This document shows, piece by piece, positions 15,479 through 33,764 of a DNA stretch of 64,000 bases. The stretch spans positions 29,264,001-29,328,000 of the forward strand of contig OZ024753.1 in NCBI GenBank assembly GCA_964016885.1, given 5' to 3'. The notes beneath the pieces were generated by a model that was not told where the DNA came from, did no database searches, and saw only the letters and a list, made by a program, of their open reading frames with translations. This stretch comes from Eledone cirrhosa. Its lineage: Eukaryota. Position numbers and translations under genes: made by a program. Numbering within the stretch: position 1 is the first letter of the stretch; every line of letters begins with the position of its first letter.

Positions 15479-15503
15479 CATATACATATACATATATATA
15501 TAC

Positions 15504-15534
<31 letters not shown>

Positions 15535-15601
15535 CATATATAAATATATATATATATATGTATATATATACATATACATATACATATATATATACATATA
15601 C

Positions 15602-15752
<151 letters not shown>

Positions 15753-15759
15753 TATATAC

Positions 15760-15834
<75 letters not shown>

Positions 15835-15871
15835 TATATACATATATATATACATATATATATATATATAT

Positions 15872-16593
15872 GTACATCTTATGCTATATAGCATAAGATG
15901 TACTGAAGGACAATGTAGAAACAAAAATATAGTGTACATAGGTGAGACAGCTCGTAGTGTAGGGGAACGGATAAATGAACACTGGCGAGACCTTCAAGAT
16001 AGTAAAGAATCATCTGTACTCTACCAACATGCTAAAATAGAACATAAGGGTAAATTAGAGAACATAGAAATAAAAATAGAATCTACACACAGAAAAGACG
16101 CAATGTCTAGTCAAATCACAGAGGCAATAAACATAAAAGAATTACCTAAATTAAATAGAAAACATGAGTGGAACAGCAACATCACAACTTACAATTAAGG
16201 ACAAAATGAAAACACACACGCACATAGAACAAACAACCAACCTGTAACATGTAAATAAACAAATAAATAAACGAATATAAACACACACAGACACCCGGAT
16301 GTGGCGCATGCGCAGACTGAGCACACAACACACATACAGAAACAAGACGGCGTAGGAAAGAAGAAAGGAGAGGCACAAAAACAAAGAAAAGAATCCCCAG
16401 TCACTGAAGAGGTCACAGAATGTGTGACGAAAGAACTTTGACAATATATAAACAACCATCTGGTTGTGGAACCAAGCAACCAACCGGAAATTTATAAATT
16501 CCTAAATTTATGAATTTATTATAATAAATTGAAGTGAAAGCAACTGGTGCGTGTGTTTCTTATTGGCAACATGACCCTCCCAAAGTATAACAA
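15872..16593 (+). mobile_element. 5'-truncated PLE (Naiad-like family 1): GIY-YIG fragment (ORF 15881-16198) plus pLTR
   Basis: YSIRC...[17 protein letters not shown]; homologous to 37085-37883. Confidence 0.9.
16400..16442 (+). ncRNA. Minimal hammerhead ribozyme
   Basis: gtca-CTGAAGA-g gtcaca gaatg tgtgac-GAAA-gaac-TT-tgac. Confidence 0.75.
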
Positions 16594-16793
<200 letters not shown>

Positions 16794-16802
16794 CATATAT
16801 AC

Positions 16803-16892
<90 letters not shown>

Positions 16893-16946
16893 TTATATAT
16901 ACATATATATATATATATACATATATATATACATATATATATATAC

Positions 16947-16977
<31 letters not shown>

Positions 16978-16988
16978 CATATATATAC

Positions 16989-17019
<31 letters not shown>

Positions 17020-17068
17020 CATATATATACATATATATATACATATATATATATATACATATATATAT

Positions 17069-17113
<45 letters not shown>

Positions 17114-17188
17114 CATATATATATATACATATATATATACATATATATATACATATATATATACATATATATATACATATATATATAC

Positions 17189-17256
<68 letters not shown>

Positions 17257-17260
17257 TTAC

Positions 17261-17293
<33 letters not shown>

Positions 17294-17392
17294 CATATAT
17301 ATATATACATATATATATACATATATATATATATTTACATATATATATATATACATATATATATATACATATATATATATACATATATATAG

Positions 17393-17510
<118 letters not shown>

Positions 17511-17638
17511 TTACATATATATATATACATATATATATATACATATATATATATACATATATATATACATATATATATATATTTACATATATATATATAT
17601 ACATATATATATATACATATATATATATACATATATAT

Positions 17639-17736
<98 letters not shown>

Positions 17737-17841
17737 TTACATATATATATATATACATATATATATATACATATATATATATACATATATATATATACAT
17801 ATATATATATTTACATATATATATATATACATATATATAGA

Positions 17842-17978
<137 letters not shown>

Positions 17979-17987
17979 ACATATATA

Positions 17988-18073
<86 letters not shown>

Positions 18074-18110
18074 GAAGTATTTAAATGGATACAGTTTAGT
18101 TAAAAGGAAT

Positions 18111-18231
18111 TTATTGACACGTGTTTCAATAACAGTTACATAACCTGAAAACATTTGCTATCTACAAAGTATTAGTTATGCAGACATTCAATATTTCAAT
18201 GTTATTATCAACTGTCATTTCATCAGAATAA
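18111..18231 (-). ncRNA. Hammerhead ribozyme with about 70-nt insertion in loop II
   Basis: Reverse complement: ttatt-CTGATGA-a atgacagtt...aactgttat t-GAAA-cacgtg-TC-aataa. Confidence 0.8.
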
Positions 18232-18752
18232 TTTTACTGGGGACCTGTTTGGTTTTTATAGAGAATATTGGGAGGGAGGGGTGAAGTTGTTAGAAGAATA
18301 GTTGAGGGAGTGGTTTTTTGATAGCAGTGAGAATTTTTGGTGGCAGTGAGTAATTAGATTCCCATCTGCTGTTTTGACATTTTTATAGAATATTTTATTG
18401 GTTATTTTTCTAAATCTATAGAAGGATTAGAGATAGTATAGATATGCATGGTTGGTTTTGTGTTTGCCCTTAATTAACATTCAGACTTAAATTTTTCTTT
18501 CAAGTGTACGTATCCTTTCGCCCACGCATTCACACACAAACATATATGCACACATCTACAAAATACATATACTCACATACACATACTTACATGCTCATAC
18601 TTACATACATATACACATGCACATATATATATATACATATATATACATATATACATGTACATACATACGCATTCATGTGTATATATTTTCATACTCAACT
18701 AATATTTATATACACACGTATAGACACACATATATACATACATACTCCAGTC

Positions 18753-18849
<97 letters not shown>

Positions 18850-19124
18850 ACTTTAATACATGAATACACTTATATCTAACTATACATATCAAACATATAT
18901 ATATATTTACTTATTTATATACATTTTCACATATATATACATACATATGGTCGCTTTTAGACACATTCATTATAGCATATTCGCACCTATTCTCATCAGC
19001 ATATCTTTCCATTATTAGTGTGGTCATTTAAGGTTATTAATATACATATATATGTTGAGAAGAGATTGTTTTTATATTTTTCTAACTAGATTGAGGTTTA
19101 TATAGTTGGGGGGATGTCCCTCTT

Positions 19125-21005
19125 TTATGTAATATTCAGCTTGCAGTGGGAAAAAATGGTTTTAGTTCGGTGACGGCAGAATAATGTTCGTTCAATTCTG
19201 TTATTAAGCAATTTCTTCTTGTGTGTGATTATGTAATAAATCTCAAGATTACACAATTTGCAGAAATTTTGGCTCCTGGAAAAGCTTTGGGTTTTAGCTA
19301 ATTTCTCCCATTTTAGGGTAAACTTTTGATCGCTATCCCTGAGCGTCCAAGCTTTTTCTGCTAAAGTTGTTACATTTCTTTGGCTCTGGTGTTTTATTGA
19401 GTAAGAATGCCTATATAATCGAGATTTAAACGATGTTGCCGTTGATCCCACGTAATACCACTCGTTGCCTCCGGATTTAATGGTACACTTATAAATGATA
19501 TTTTTTTCCAGGCAGTTATTGCCGAGGGGGCAGTTGTCAGGATAGGTGCAGTTACAGTTGTGTACGTTGGGTTTTCTCTGGAGTAGTATTGCGGACGAAC
19601 TTAGGTGTGGTTTATTTATGTTCTGTAATGTATTGTCTACTGTTTTTTTTCGTGTTCTTTGTACTTAAGTTTTTAGTGTTTTCGTTTAACCTTCTAGTAT
19701 TGATCTTTTTTATGTGTTGTTCAAGGTTTAACGCTGTAGAGTATGACAGTCTTATAGTGGTAGGGTTTAGGATTTTGTGGTATTTGTGTGATGTAGGAAA
19801 ATGTCTCTTAATTATTTTAAAGAAGAGTACTGGTAAATTTGTACTAATGGAACTATTGTATTCAGGGTTATACCATAAGTACTCTTTGCATCGCTTTCTA
19901 TTAGTTTTGTTTGTTGGTTTACTGGTGTGTATACTATGGTAGTAAGTGTGGTTTGGTGTTGTGTTATTATATCTACCTATCTGGGATTTATTTTGGGTGT
20001 TTTGATTGTTCTATATACTCTATTTTGTTGAGGTAGCCTGCTTTACTAAGGGCGTTATCGTAGTACTCGGCGTGTTCCTTAAATACTTGTATGTTAGAAG
20101 ATAGACCCGAGATTCTAAGGGAAATATTTTTAGGGGTAGATTTAATTATAGAGATGGGGTGGTTAAACCCAACATTTTTACGTACTTGAGATTGTCATTC
20201 AATTTATGAAACGGTTTAATCAGACCAGAGTTTAAATTGAGTGTGACATCCAGGAAGTTAACTACTTTAAAGTTGTATTCATATGTTATAGTTAGTCCTA
20301 TTTCGAGTAGTAGTTTTCTTATATCTTTGCGTAGTTTTTCTAGTTTTTGGTTATTTAGGTTTTTAACTAGGAGGAGAACATCGTCGCGGTATATTCCACC
20401 GTGGAGATTGCTGAATTTTTCCTGGAGTCTAAAGGCGATAAATAACCCCACAATATCAGTTATTTCCGCCGAATCGTTAGAGCCCATTGTTATGTCAAAG
20501 TTAGAGGGTCTATCTTTACGAACCCAATAACTGTTCTCAAATTTGACTATAGTTTTCCTAGCTTCTAATATAATCTTAATTTCATCGTTTGTAAGGTCAG
20601 AGTTATCCTTAGCAAACTTAATGGCTCTATTCAAAGTTTCAGGTGATATCGATGAGTAATATTCGTCGATATCAAACTGGATAAACTTAGATTTATTCTT
20701 ATTGCTAATGCTATTAAACCATCTTATTGCTTCTTGGGTCTTCCCCCATAGTTTAATGTTAACCTTAGCCTGAATTTGGGGGATGATTCTATCTAAGATA
20801 TATTTGCTTATTTTACCTATATCTGATTTAGAGGGGCAGATTAATCTAATTTTAGGGTCATTATCAAAGTTTACCGTATGGTCCTTAAGATTGAAGGTGG
20901 GTACCGCCGGTAAGAGTGGTCCTGTCCCATCTTCGATTCCGAGATTTTTCACTATTTCGCATGCCTCATCATTGATGTGCTTAAGAGTTACTTCATTCGT
21001 CTTTC
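19125..21005 (-). pseudogene. PLE reverse transcriptase / GIY-YIG endonuclease, frameshifted near 20178
   Basis: QFDIDEYYSSI, FDITMGSNDSAE, GIYRDD, VNFLDVTLNL; then CNC..CPL..CL, IIYKC..YYVGST. Confidence 0.9.
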
Positions 21006-21052
21006 TATATTTTTAATGTAATTCTTTTCGAATGAAGTTGTTGTATGTATAC

Positions 21053-21123
<71 letters not shown>

Positions 21124-21143
21124 GTTTAGCGAGACATATATAC

Positions 21144-22533
<1,390 letters not shown>

Positions 22534-22541
22534 ATATATAC

Positions 22542-22595
<54 letters not shown>

Positions 22596-23332
22596 TTATA
22601 TATATATATATATTTTACTCTTAATTTGGCCAGAGATTTACATTCCCAATCGCCTTTCTGTATTTACTACAGTTATGAGATGCGGCTTGTTATTTAGGTA
22701 TCACTTCTGTTTTTAGCCTAAGAAAATATCTATATGCGTGTGTAATTAATACACGCATACATTTATTTTTTTAATTTCGATTGAGTTCTTAACACGTTGG
22801 ATTGATAATGTTTTTGAAAAAACTAATTAACCCACGTGTATATTATTTTCTTTTCTCGTGAATCGTGGTTGTCTCCCTTTCCCGCTTCGTGACGCTATAA
22901 TACTTCCTCAGTCAAAAGGCTGCTGGAATTTCAAATTTGGCGGTCATTCGATGCGTGAAGGAGCAGCTTAGCAGACACGATTTTTAACTGCTGTAAGAAT
23001 TTTTTCTTATATCAAAGTTTAATGGGCTTCCACTGAAGATTTATAAATGCCCACCTAAATATATTCTTACATGAATATATGTTAGGCTTCTACATAAACT
23101 GGAAACATTCTCCCAATTTGTGGAAAACTTATAATGAAACAATTGTTTGGAAAGAGAGATATATTTTAACTTTAATTATATCTCATAAAATAATATAACT
23201 GGCTTTCCACAAAATACATATAGTTAGCACCCCAAACACATAAATTGGGTTTATACTAACATATAACCTAATGTTTGTTGAGTGAGATGGTTACCAGTCT
23301 GAGTTTAGCTTTAAGCTATCTCTGTTATTGTA

Positions 23333-25480
<2,148 letters not shown>

Positions 25481-25481
25481 T

Positions 25482-25557
25482 AAATTATATGAATCAAAGT
25501 TCAGTTCAAATCAGTTATATGCTTACAATTGTTTCCTCCAAACCTATATATACATAC

Positions 25558-25590
<33 letters not shown>

Positions 25591-25615
25591 CGTATATATA
25601 TATTTATACATATAT

Positions 25616-25648
<33 letters not shown>

Positions 25649-25789
25649 AATATATATATACGTATATATATATACGTATATATATATATAACTTATATAT
25701 ATACATATATAAGTTATATGAATCAAAGTTCAGTTCAAATCATTTATATGCTTACAATTGTTTCCTCCAAACCTATATATACATACATA

Positions 25790-25823
<34 letters not shown>

Positions 25824-25848
25824 CGTATATATATATTTATACATATAT

Positions 25849-25881
<33 letters not shown>

Positions 25882-25904
25882 AATATATATATATATACAT
25901 ATAT

Positions 25905-25937
<33 letters not shown>

Positions 25938-26760
25938 AATATATATATACGTATATATATATACGTATATATATATATAACTTATATATATACATATATA
26001 AGTTATATGAATCAAAGTTCAGTTCAAATCATTTATATGCTTACAATTGTTTCCTCCAAACCGAGGTTTGGATTCTTCGGAGCAATTTATTAATGAATGA
26101 TCACATATATGACCTCCTTTTCAACCCAAGAGACATACAGAAACATATGGATATATTGTTGCTTGGTGGGTTGACATCCATTATAACATTTAGCGTGGCA
26201 GTATACATTTAAAGATTACAGTCATAACAAAAGAGGATAAAATTAAAATTAAAATTAAAATACATGAAATTAATGCGATAGGATAGTCAGAAGCAGTTAG
26301 TGTGTGCAATACTTACACGTGTGGCAAGCACGTGAGTCTTATTTATATAATATTACAGTATTATAGTGCGGCAGGGTGTTACATGTAATACAAGCACTTC
26401 AAGCGGGTAATCAAGAGTATTATGGGGGTTGTACTGGTAATGTATCTATTATATGAATGTTATAGAAGCTTGTGTGTAGAGAAATATTATAAATATTAAA
26501 AATATTAGAAATGTGTAGCAAAGCGATGATATGGTTTTCGTGTACAACACCATTTTCACAATCCAGAGAGCGTAATATCTAGATTATATGCCCCTCACAT
26601 AATCCACGACGATTCAATATTGGACGTTTGATGTTTCTGTTAGAGTATCATAGTTTGTTGGTCTTTCTAGTCCGATTTATATAGCAGGTTGTTTTAGTTG
26701 CGAGAATTAACATCGTATTATTTTCCGGAAAACATCAAACGTCCAATATTGAATCGTCGT
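25482..26760 (-). mobile_element. Decayed PLE-type 3' region; terminal 62 bp present three times (25482, 25711, 26000)
   Basis: HHR at 26038-26084; repeated ttatatgaatcaaagttcagttcaaatc...tccaaacc; small inversion at 26733-26763. Confidence 0.6.
26038..26084 (-). ncRNA. Hammerhead ribozyme with U4C variant core
   Basis: Reverse complement: tgct-CCGAAGA-a tccaaacc tc ggtttgga g-GAAA-caattg-TA-agca. Confidence 0.75.
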
Positions 26761-27400
26761 GGAGCTCTTAAGAGTCAATGGCCATCCAAAATCACCAGGA
26801 GAGATGACCCCTTAGCCTTTGTCAAGGCAGAATTCTAGGAGAAGGAAAACTCTGATATAACACCTGCAACCCACATGGTATCCAATGATGTTGACTTGTT
26901 CTTCTTTTTGGTAAATATCATCTTGGTTAAGAGAGTGGGACTGGCTTTGTGCAGTGCCTTTGCTCACTATAAAAGCTTCACGGCACAGGCATTGCTTTAT
27001 ATCTGGAGATCTCTCTGCACGTGTCATCACATGGTACCATGGGCCCAGCACTATGTGTCAATAATTGACACAAGTGTAGTGTTTGTACCAGAGTTTTCAA
27101 GTCGCTGGCTGGACTAAAAAGTCACACTTGTTCAGCGCATCGGTAGGGGTTCTCCTACATGGATATAAAGTAGTGGCCGTACTCGAAAACGAGTTGGCAG
27201 CCACCATACGTATATATATATATGTATATATGTATATATATATGTATATACACGGGTGTGTCTGATTGTGTATAGAAGATTATATTAATAAGAGGAATTC
27301 CAACTTTGTCTGATTTACTCGTTTTATTTACAATCCTTTAAAATTTATAATGGTATTATAATGAAACAGTATGATAGAATATTAAATTCTAAGTGTTAAT

Positions 27401-27439
27401 TCAACAAGTACTTTCATGCTTTCGCAATCTTCAGGTTCA
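27401..27439 (-). ncRNA. Hammerhead ribozyme (mirror copy of 33967-34005)
   Basis: Reverse complement: tgaac-CTGAAGA-ttgcgaaagcat-GAAA-gtac-TT-gttga. Confidence 0.7.
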
Positions 27440-28329
27440 TAATATGTGGTGACAGTCAAGTTTGCAATTTTCAACTCTAATGAGATGGGTAAATTTTCTA
27501 CCTTATATACAGTGAAAAGTCGCTCCAGAGTGCTAAATCTTGCAAACTGTATTTCGACCAATCAGTGTGTACTTTCACTGAATTACTAAAGCTGATTGGT
27601 TTAAGCGTCACGGATGGTTGAGCATGTCTAACGACCAATAATTAATCATATCAAAAGCATCAATTGTTTTGCTATTTTTAGAAATGATGAAAATAGCATT
27701 TTCTAGTAATCATCACCATCAACATCACTTTTATTATTATTATTATTGTTGTTGTTGTTGTTGTTGTTGTTGTTAGTGGTCGTAGTCATAGTCATAGTAG
27801 ATGTAATACCCCTAAGCGTTATTATTGTTCATTTAGCTTGGGTTTGAATTTATCAATAACATTTTTTTTCTTTGATTTTTCTCTTGATTTCACTTGGGCT
27901 GTGTAATTTGTAGAATGGGAATATTATAAACTAGACCACCCGTGACCCGTTGGGTCATGTTCACTTTAAAACATTTTTTTAAAAATCATGTTCACTTAAA
28001 AATAATTTTAAATAATAAAAATATATACAGACATGTATATAATGTGAAATGAAACTGGAAGGCCTATATATATACGTGAGTGTATGTATATATATATATG
28101 TTTGTGTGTGTGTAAACATATACATACACATGTATGTGTGTGTATATATATATGTGGATGTCTGTGATCTACATGCACTGGTCATAAACACACATATATA
28201 TATATATATATATTCACACACACTCACATATATATATATATCAGGAACGATCGACTTTCGTCAAATCGGACCGAGGAATCAATGCTTCCATTGGTCTTTC
28301 CAATTGCTAGTACTATCTATCGGTCGCAA

Positions 28330-28458
28330 CTCCAGGTAGAAGGAGCAACGTGAAATAAAGTGTCTTGCTCAAGGACATAACGCATCGCCCGGTCCGGGGA
28401 TCGAACTCACCATCTCACGATTGCGAATCCAATTCTCTAACCACTCAGCCACACGCCT
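28330..28458 (-). mobile_element. tRNA-derived SINE head
   Basis: Reverse-complement A box TGGCTGAGTGG (28441-28451) and B box GAGTTCGATCC (28398-28408). Confidence 0.8.
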
Positions 28459-28807
28459 TATATATATATATACACACAACAGCACCACCAGCTCTCTTCC
28501 ATTTTCATTCTCTGTCTCCTCTCCCTCTTTCTGTCTCTCTTTCAATCTACTCTCTCACAACCACTATCTCTTTCTCTCTATCTTTTTCTCTCTTTGTTTA
28601 CTTTGTTTACTTTGTTTATGAAGGCACCAGGAAAAATCCGATATGTCGGGAACCCGCGGTCCGATTTACGCGAAATTTGTTTTGTTCCATTTGTATTCCC
28701 ATATCAGGGTCAACTTCCTTTCAAAGTATTTTCCCATCATGTCCCCTTTTGGCAGTATTACATTACAGATAAGCAAGCAAGCAATCAATCACTGACTTTT
28801 AGTATTA

Positions 28808-29957
28808 TAAAAAAATGTATACACCATTCTAATATATATATTGCCTGTACAGGTAATCAAAGTGTGTATACATTTTTCGGGGACACCATATATATATATA
28901 TATATATATACCGGGGTCTCTAAAAATGTATACACCATTCTAATATATATATTGCCTGTACAGGTAATCAAAGTGTGTATACATTTTACCGGGACACCAT
29001 ATATATATATATATATATATACCGGTGTCCCTAAAAATGTATACACCATTCTAATATATATATATTGCCTGTACAGGTAATCAAAGTGTGTATACATTTT
29101 TCCGGGACACCATATATATATATATATATATATATCGGTGTCCCTAAAAATGTATACACCATTCTAATATATATATTGCCTGTACAGGTAATCAAAGTGT
29201 GTATACATTTTTCGGGGACACCATATATATATATATATATATATACCGGGGTCCCTAAAAATGTATACACCATTCTAATATATATATTGCCTGTATAGGT
29301 AATCAAAGTGTGTATACATTTTTCCGAGACACCATATATATATATATATATATATACCGGTCTCCCTAAAAATGTATACACCATTCTAATATATATATTG
29401 CCTGTACAGGTAATCAAAGTGTGTATACATTTTTCCGGGACACAATATATATATATATACCGATGTCCCTAAAAATGTATACACCATTCTAATATATATA
29501 TTGCCTGTGCAGGTAATCAAAGTGTGTATACATTTTTCGGGGACACCATATATATATATATACCGGTGTCCCTAAAAATGTATACACCATTCTAATATAT
29601 ATATTGCCTGTACAGGTAATCAAAGTGTGTATACATTTTTCGGGGACACCATATATATATATACCGGGGTCCCTAAAAATGTATACACCATTCTAATATT
29701 TATATTGCCTGTACAGGTAATCAAAGTGTGTATACATTTTTCCGGGACACCATATATATATATATATACCGGTGTCCCTAAAAATGTATACACCATTCTA
29801 ATATATATATTGCCTGTACAGGTAATCAAAGTGTGTATACATTTTTCGGGGACACCATATATATATATATACCGAGTTCCCTAAAAATGTATACACCATT
29901 CTAATATATATATTGCCTGCACAGATAATCAAAGTGTGTATACATTTTTCGGGGACA

Positions 29958-29996
<39 letters not shown>

Positions 29997-30314
29997 GGGG
30001 TCCCTAAATATGTATACACCATTCTAATATATATATATTGCCTGTACAGGTAATCAAAGTGTGTATACATTTTTCGGGGACACCATATATATATATATAT
30101 ATATATATATACCGGGGTCCCTAAAAATGTATACACCATTCTAATATATATATTGCCTGTACAGGTAATCAAAGTGTGTATACATTTTTCGGGGACACTA
30201 TATATATATATATATAATAATACCGGGGTCCCTAAAAATGTATACACCATCCTAACAAATAATGCATGTATAGGCAATCAAAGTGGGTATACATTTTTGT
30301 GGGGACAACCTGTA
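28808..30314. repeat. Minisatellite of 14 units (about 100-120 bp), each a Tc1/mariner-like MITE separated by (TA)n
   Basis: TA-ccggtgtccctaaaaatgtatacac ... gtgtatacatttttcggggacacc-ATA inverted termini. Confidence 0.85.
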
Positions 30315-31689
30315 TATACACAAATATGAACATATATATATAGAGAAAGTGTGTGCAAGCAAGCAAGCAAGCAACCAACCAACCAAGATCAGAGTTTTAG
30401 TAGTATATAGATATTCCCTGTGGTTACTTTAGGGGTATCTGGCGGACATTTGGGTCTCTGATTTGCTGACGGTGTCAGAAGAAAACAAATCAAGAAAGGT
30501 ATGGCAGCAGAAACAATTATTTCTCGACGAATATGCTGCAAAAACCCTGAGAAAAAGCATTAAAAGTGGACAATCTCACCAACACAACATACGCCAGAAC
30601 ACGTGCCAACACTCACCTTACCTTGAATCAAAGAAGAACTACGGTAATAACTCTTCGTTTTTTCTACAAAAACACCCTATCGCACACAACATGAACAAAA
30701 AGCACTAGCACGATAGATATTCCTTTGACCAGACCATGAGAAGTAGTAAAACCAGGAGATCATTCTCAAGATCTCAACAGAGACTACCAACAAGGAATGT
30801 GGAAACAAAACGTAGAATAACCAGATCACTCTCAAGATCTCAACAGAAATTGCCCACAAGAAACTGGGCGAAAAAACGATCTAAACCTGAAAGCAAACCT
30901 AGGTCATTTCCTCAGATTGTTAAAAAATAATGCTACAGGAAAAATAATATACATAATACCAAAAATAGGACAAAATACATAACGAAACCAAATATAATAT
31001 CACGACCAAAAGTTCATCAAGCGAACACCAACAGGAATATAAATCCTGAACATAGAAAAATCCATTTTTTAACGTCAGGACAACAAAAACCGGAAAAAGA
31101 AAAACTCCAGGAGGAAACATACCCAAAACAACTGTACACGTAGATCCTAAAATAATTAATTTATCTAAAAGAGATCTTGACAATGATGAAATGCAAATTC
31201 TGTCAAAAGGACTGAAATTCACACCGACTCCAACAGTCAACCACCAAGAACTGAAGGAGGATACCCAAGAATTCTGTCGAAAATTACGTCTTGTAGAATT
31301 CTTCGCTGATAAAAGTAATGAGAGTGATGAATCACTAGTAAAGAATAAATCAAATTTCACTCCGCCAAAAGGAAGAAATATCTATCTCGACCAATACATT
31401 GACATCCTGTCTAAATTTCGTCTTAGACATAATACTAATGTTAGGCCAAACATTAACAAATCAGTGGTTTCAAAATAATTGAGTTGTGGTATTTTGAAGC
31501 CAGGTTGTTGATCTTCTTCATGATGTTGTGGTCTATATTTGACAGTATTTCATGATAGAATGTTGTGCCTTTCAGTTGTTCCTCAACCAAATCCTTGTAG
31601 TATTCAGCATCCATTATAACAACTGCACCCCCTTTATCTGCTTGTTTAATTATTATTGTTTTATCATTTTGTATACGTTTAAGTGCACT

Positions 31690-33588
31690 TAAACGTATAC
31701 AAAATGATAAAACAATAATAATTAAACAAGCAGATAAAGGGGGTGCAGTTGTTATAATGGATACTGAATACTACAAGGATTTGGTTGAGGAACAACTGAA
31801 AGGCACAACATTCTATCATGAAATACCGTCAAATATAGACCACAACATCATGAAGAAGATCAACAACCTCGTTTCAAAATACCACAACTCACTTACTGAT
31901 AAGGAAAGAGACTACATCACCAATTTTGAGCCAAAACCCAGCAACCTGTATGGCCTACCGAAAGTTCACAAGTCAAAAGAAATACAACTGGCAGTAAGAG
32001 AACAAAACAGTGAGTACATTAAATTACTACACCCCAAAGACTTAAAACTTAGACCTATTATAGCTGGTCCAACATGCCCCACCCACCGTCTAAGCAATTT
32101 TGTTGACATTATTTTGAAACCACTATGTATTCACATACCCAGTTTCATCCGGGATGATATCGACTTCCTGTCCCATCTTCCCAAAACCACGGAAACGAAT
32201 TCACTTCTACTCAGTTTTGATGTGGTAAGCCTTTACACCAACATTACACATGATTTAGGAATAAAGGCTGTTAAATACTGGGTGGAAAAACATAGAGAAG
32301 TGATTCCCATCAGATTCACAGCGCCATTTATATTAGACGCAGTTAAACTTATTCTGGAAAACAACACTTTCTTCTACAATGGAAAGAATTACATCCAAAT
32401 TAGAGGCACAGCGATGGGAACGAAGTTTGCTCCCGTTTACGCGAACTATGTAATGGGATACTTAGAACAACAACTCTACCAAGAAATAGAGGAAAAATAT
32501 AGTACTGACTTTAGAAAGTACATTGAAAAATCTTGGAAGAGATACCTTGAAGACTGTTTCATCATCTGGACAGAATCTCTAGATACTCTGGATGAGTTCA
32601 ATATCCTCCTGAATAACCTACACCCATCTCTCCAATTCGCAAAAGAGATGAGTAGGACCAAATTACCATTCCTAGATATAATGATAATCAAAAACGACGC
32701 CACCATTACCACGGATATATATTATAAACACACAGACACCCATCAATATCTGAATTTTAAGTCGTGCCATCCACCTCATACAAAACGCAACATCCCATAC
32801 TGCCTAGCCAGAAGAATTTGTACCATTGTAGAAGATACGAATACCAGGTACAAACGCCTAACAGAACTAAGAGAATGTTTGCTCAAACAAAAATACCCAT
32901 CTCTACTTATAGAAAATGGCATACAGCGGGCTATAAAAATACCTATACAACAACTTAAGACAACCCAAGGAAGAAGAAACCAAGAACTGGTCATACCATT
33001 TATAATGACACACAACCTATGTCACCAGAATATCTTCAATACTGTCAAAGCAAATCTACCGATCATTGCTCAAAGTAATGAATTAAAAGGCTTACTCACA
33101 GATCGATCTTTGACTCTTAGTAAAAGACAGCCAAAAATTTGAAGCAATTACTAACAAAAGCAAAGTTTGACCTTAACAACAAAGACCAATCATTCACTGT
33201 ATCTAAATGCAATGATAGTCGATGCGGCACATGTCAATCCATACACGCCGGTCAATATATGAAAACAAAAACTGGAAAAATATTCCCAAATGCAAATATG
33301 AACTGCAAAAGCAGAAATCTAATTTACTGCATTAAATGCCCGAATTGTGAAGAACTATATGTCGGTCAAACTGGAAATGCACTATCGGAACGTGCACGGG
33401 TACACCGTCAGCAAATCAGAGACCCAAATGTCCGTCAGATACCCCTAAGTAACCATCTAGCAACATGTCGTCAGGGAATATTTATAATATTCCCATTCTA
33501 CAAATTACACAGCCCAAGTGAAATCAAGAGAAAAATCAAAGAAAAGAATTTTATTGATAAATTCAAAACCAAGCTAAATGAACAATAA
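31690..33588 (+). pseudogene. Neptune-like PLE RT (ORF 31757-33142) plus GIY-YIG (33139-33588); frameshift at about 33140; catalytic YxDD reads YLED
   Basis: IKQADKGGAVV, LYGLPKVHK, LRPII, SFDVVSLYTNI, GTAMGTKFAP, CNDSRCGTC, NLIYCIKCPNC..YVGQTG. Confidence 0.92.
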
Positions 33589-33635
33589 TAACGCTTAGGG
33601 GTATTACTTCTACTATGACTATGACTACGACCACT

Positions 33636-33668
<33 letters not shown>

Positions 33669-33764
33669 AGTAATAAAAGTGATGTTGATGGTGATGATTA
33701 CTGGAAAATGCTATTTTCATCATTTCTAAAAATAGCAAAACAATTGATGCTTTGGATATGATTA

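Larger units (their letters stand above)
18073..21043 (-). mobile_element. 5'-truncated PLE (YRDD-type RT, possibly Nematis-like) in (TA)n
   Basis: RT, GIY-YIG, long 3' UTR and HHR. Confidence 0.9.
27931..30411 (-). mobile_element. Non-autonomous Helitron (Lep1/HINE-like)
   Basis: Reverse complement starts A|TCTATATAC with (TTGG)n/(TTGC)n and ends in the gacccaacgggtc hairpin ...CTAG|T; removing it restores the PLE sequence gggaatattataaa|tattccctg with no TSD. Confidence 0.85.

Noticed and set aside
26770-27210. Host C2H2 zinc-finger exon (HKCSVCTRVFKSLAGLKSH)
   Set aside because: No open frame or splice context; more likely a decayed LINE C-terminus and 3' end.
28380-28458. tRNA gene
   Set aside because: A and B boxes are present but it runs into a SINE body and lacks a clean acceptor stem; called as a SINE head.
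28808-30314. CRISPR-like regularly spaced palindromic repeats
   Set aside because: Spacers are identical or just (TA)n, there are no cas genes and the context is eukaryotic; it is a MITE-derived minisatellite.
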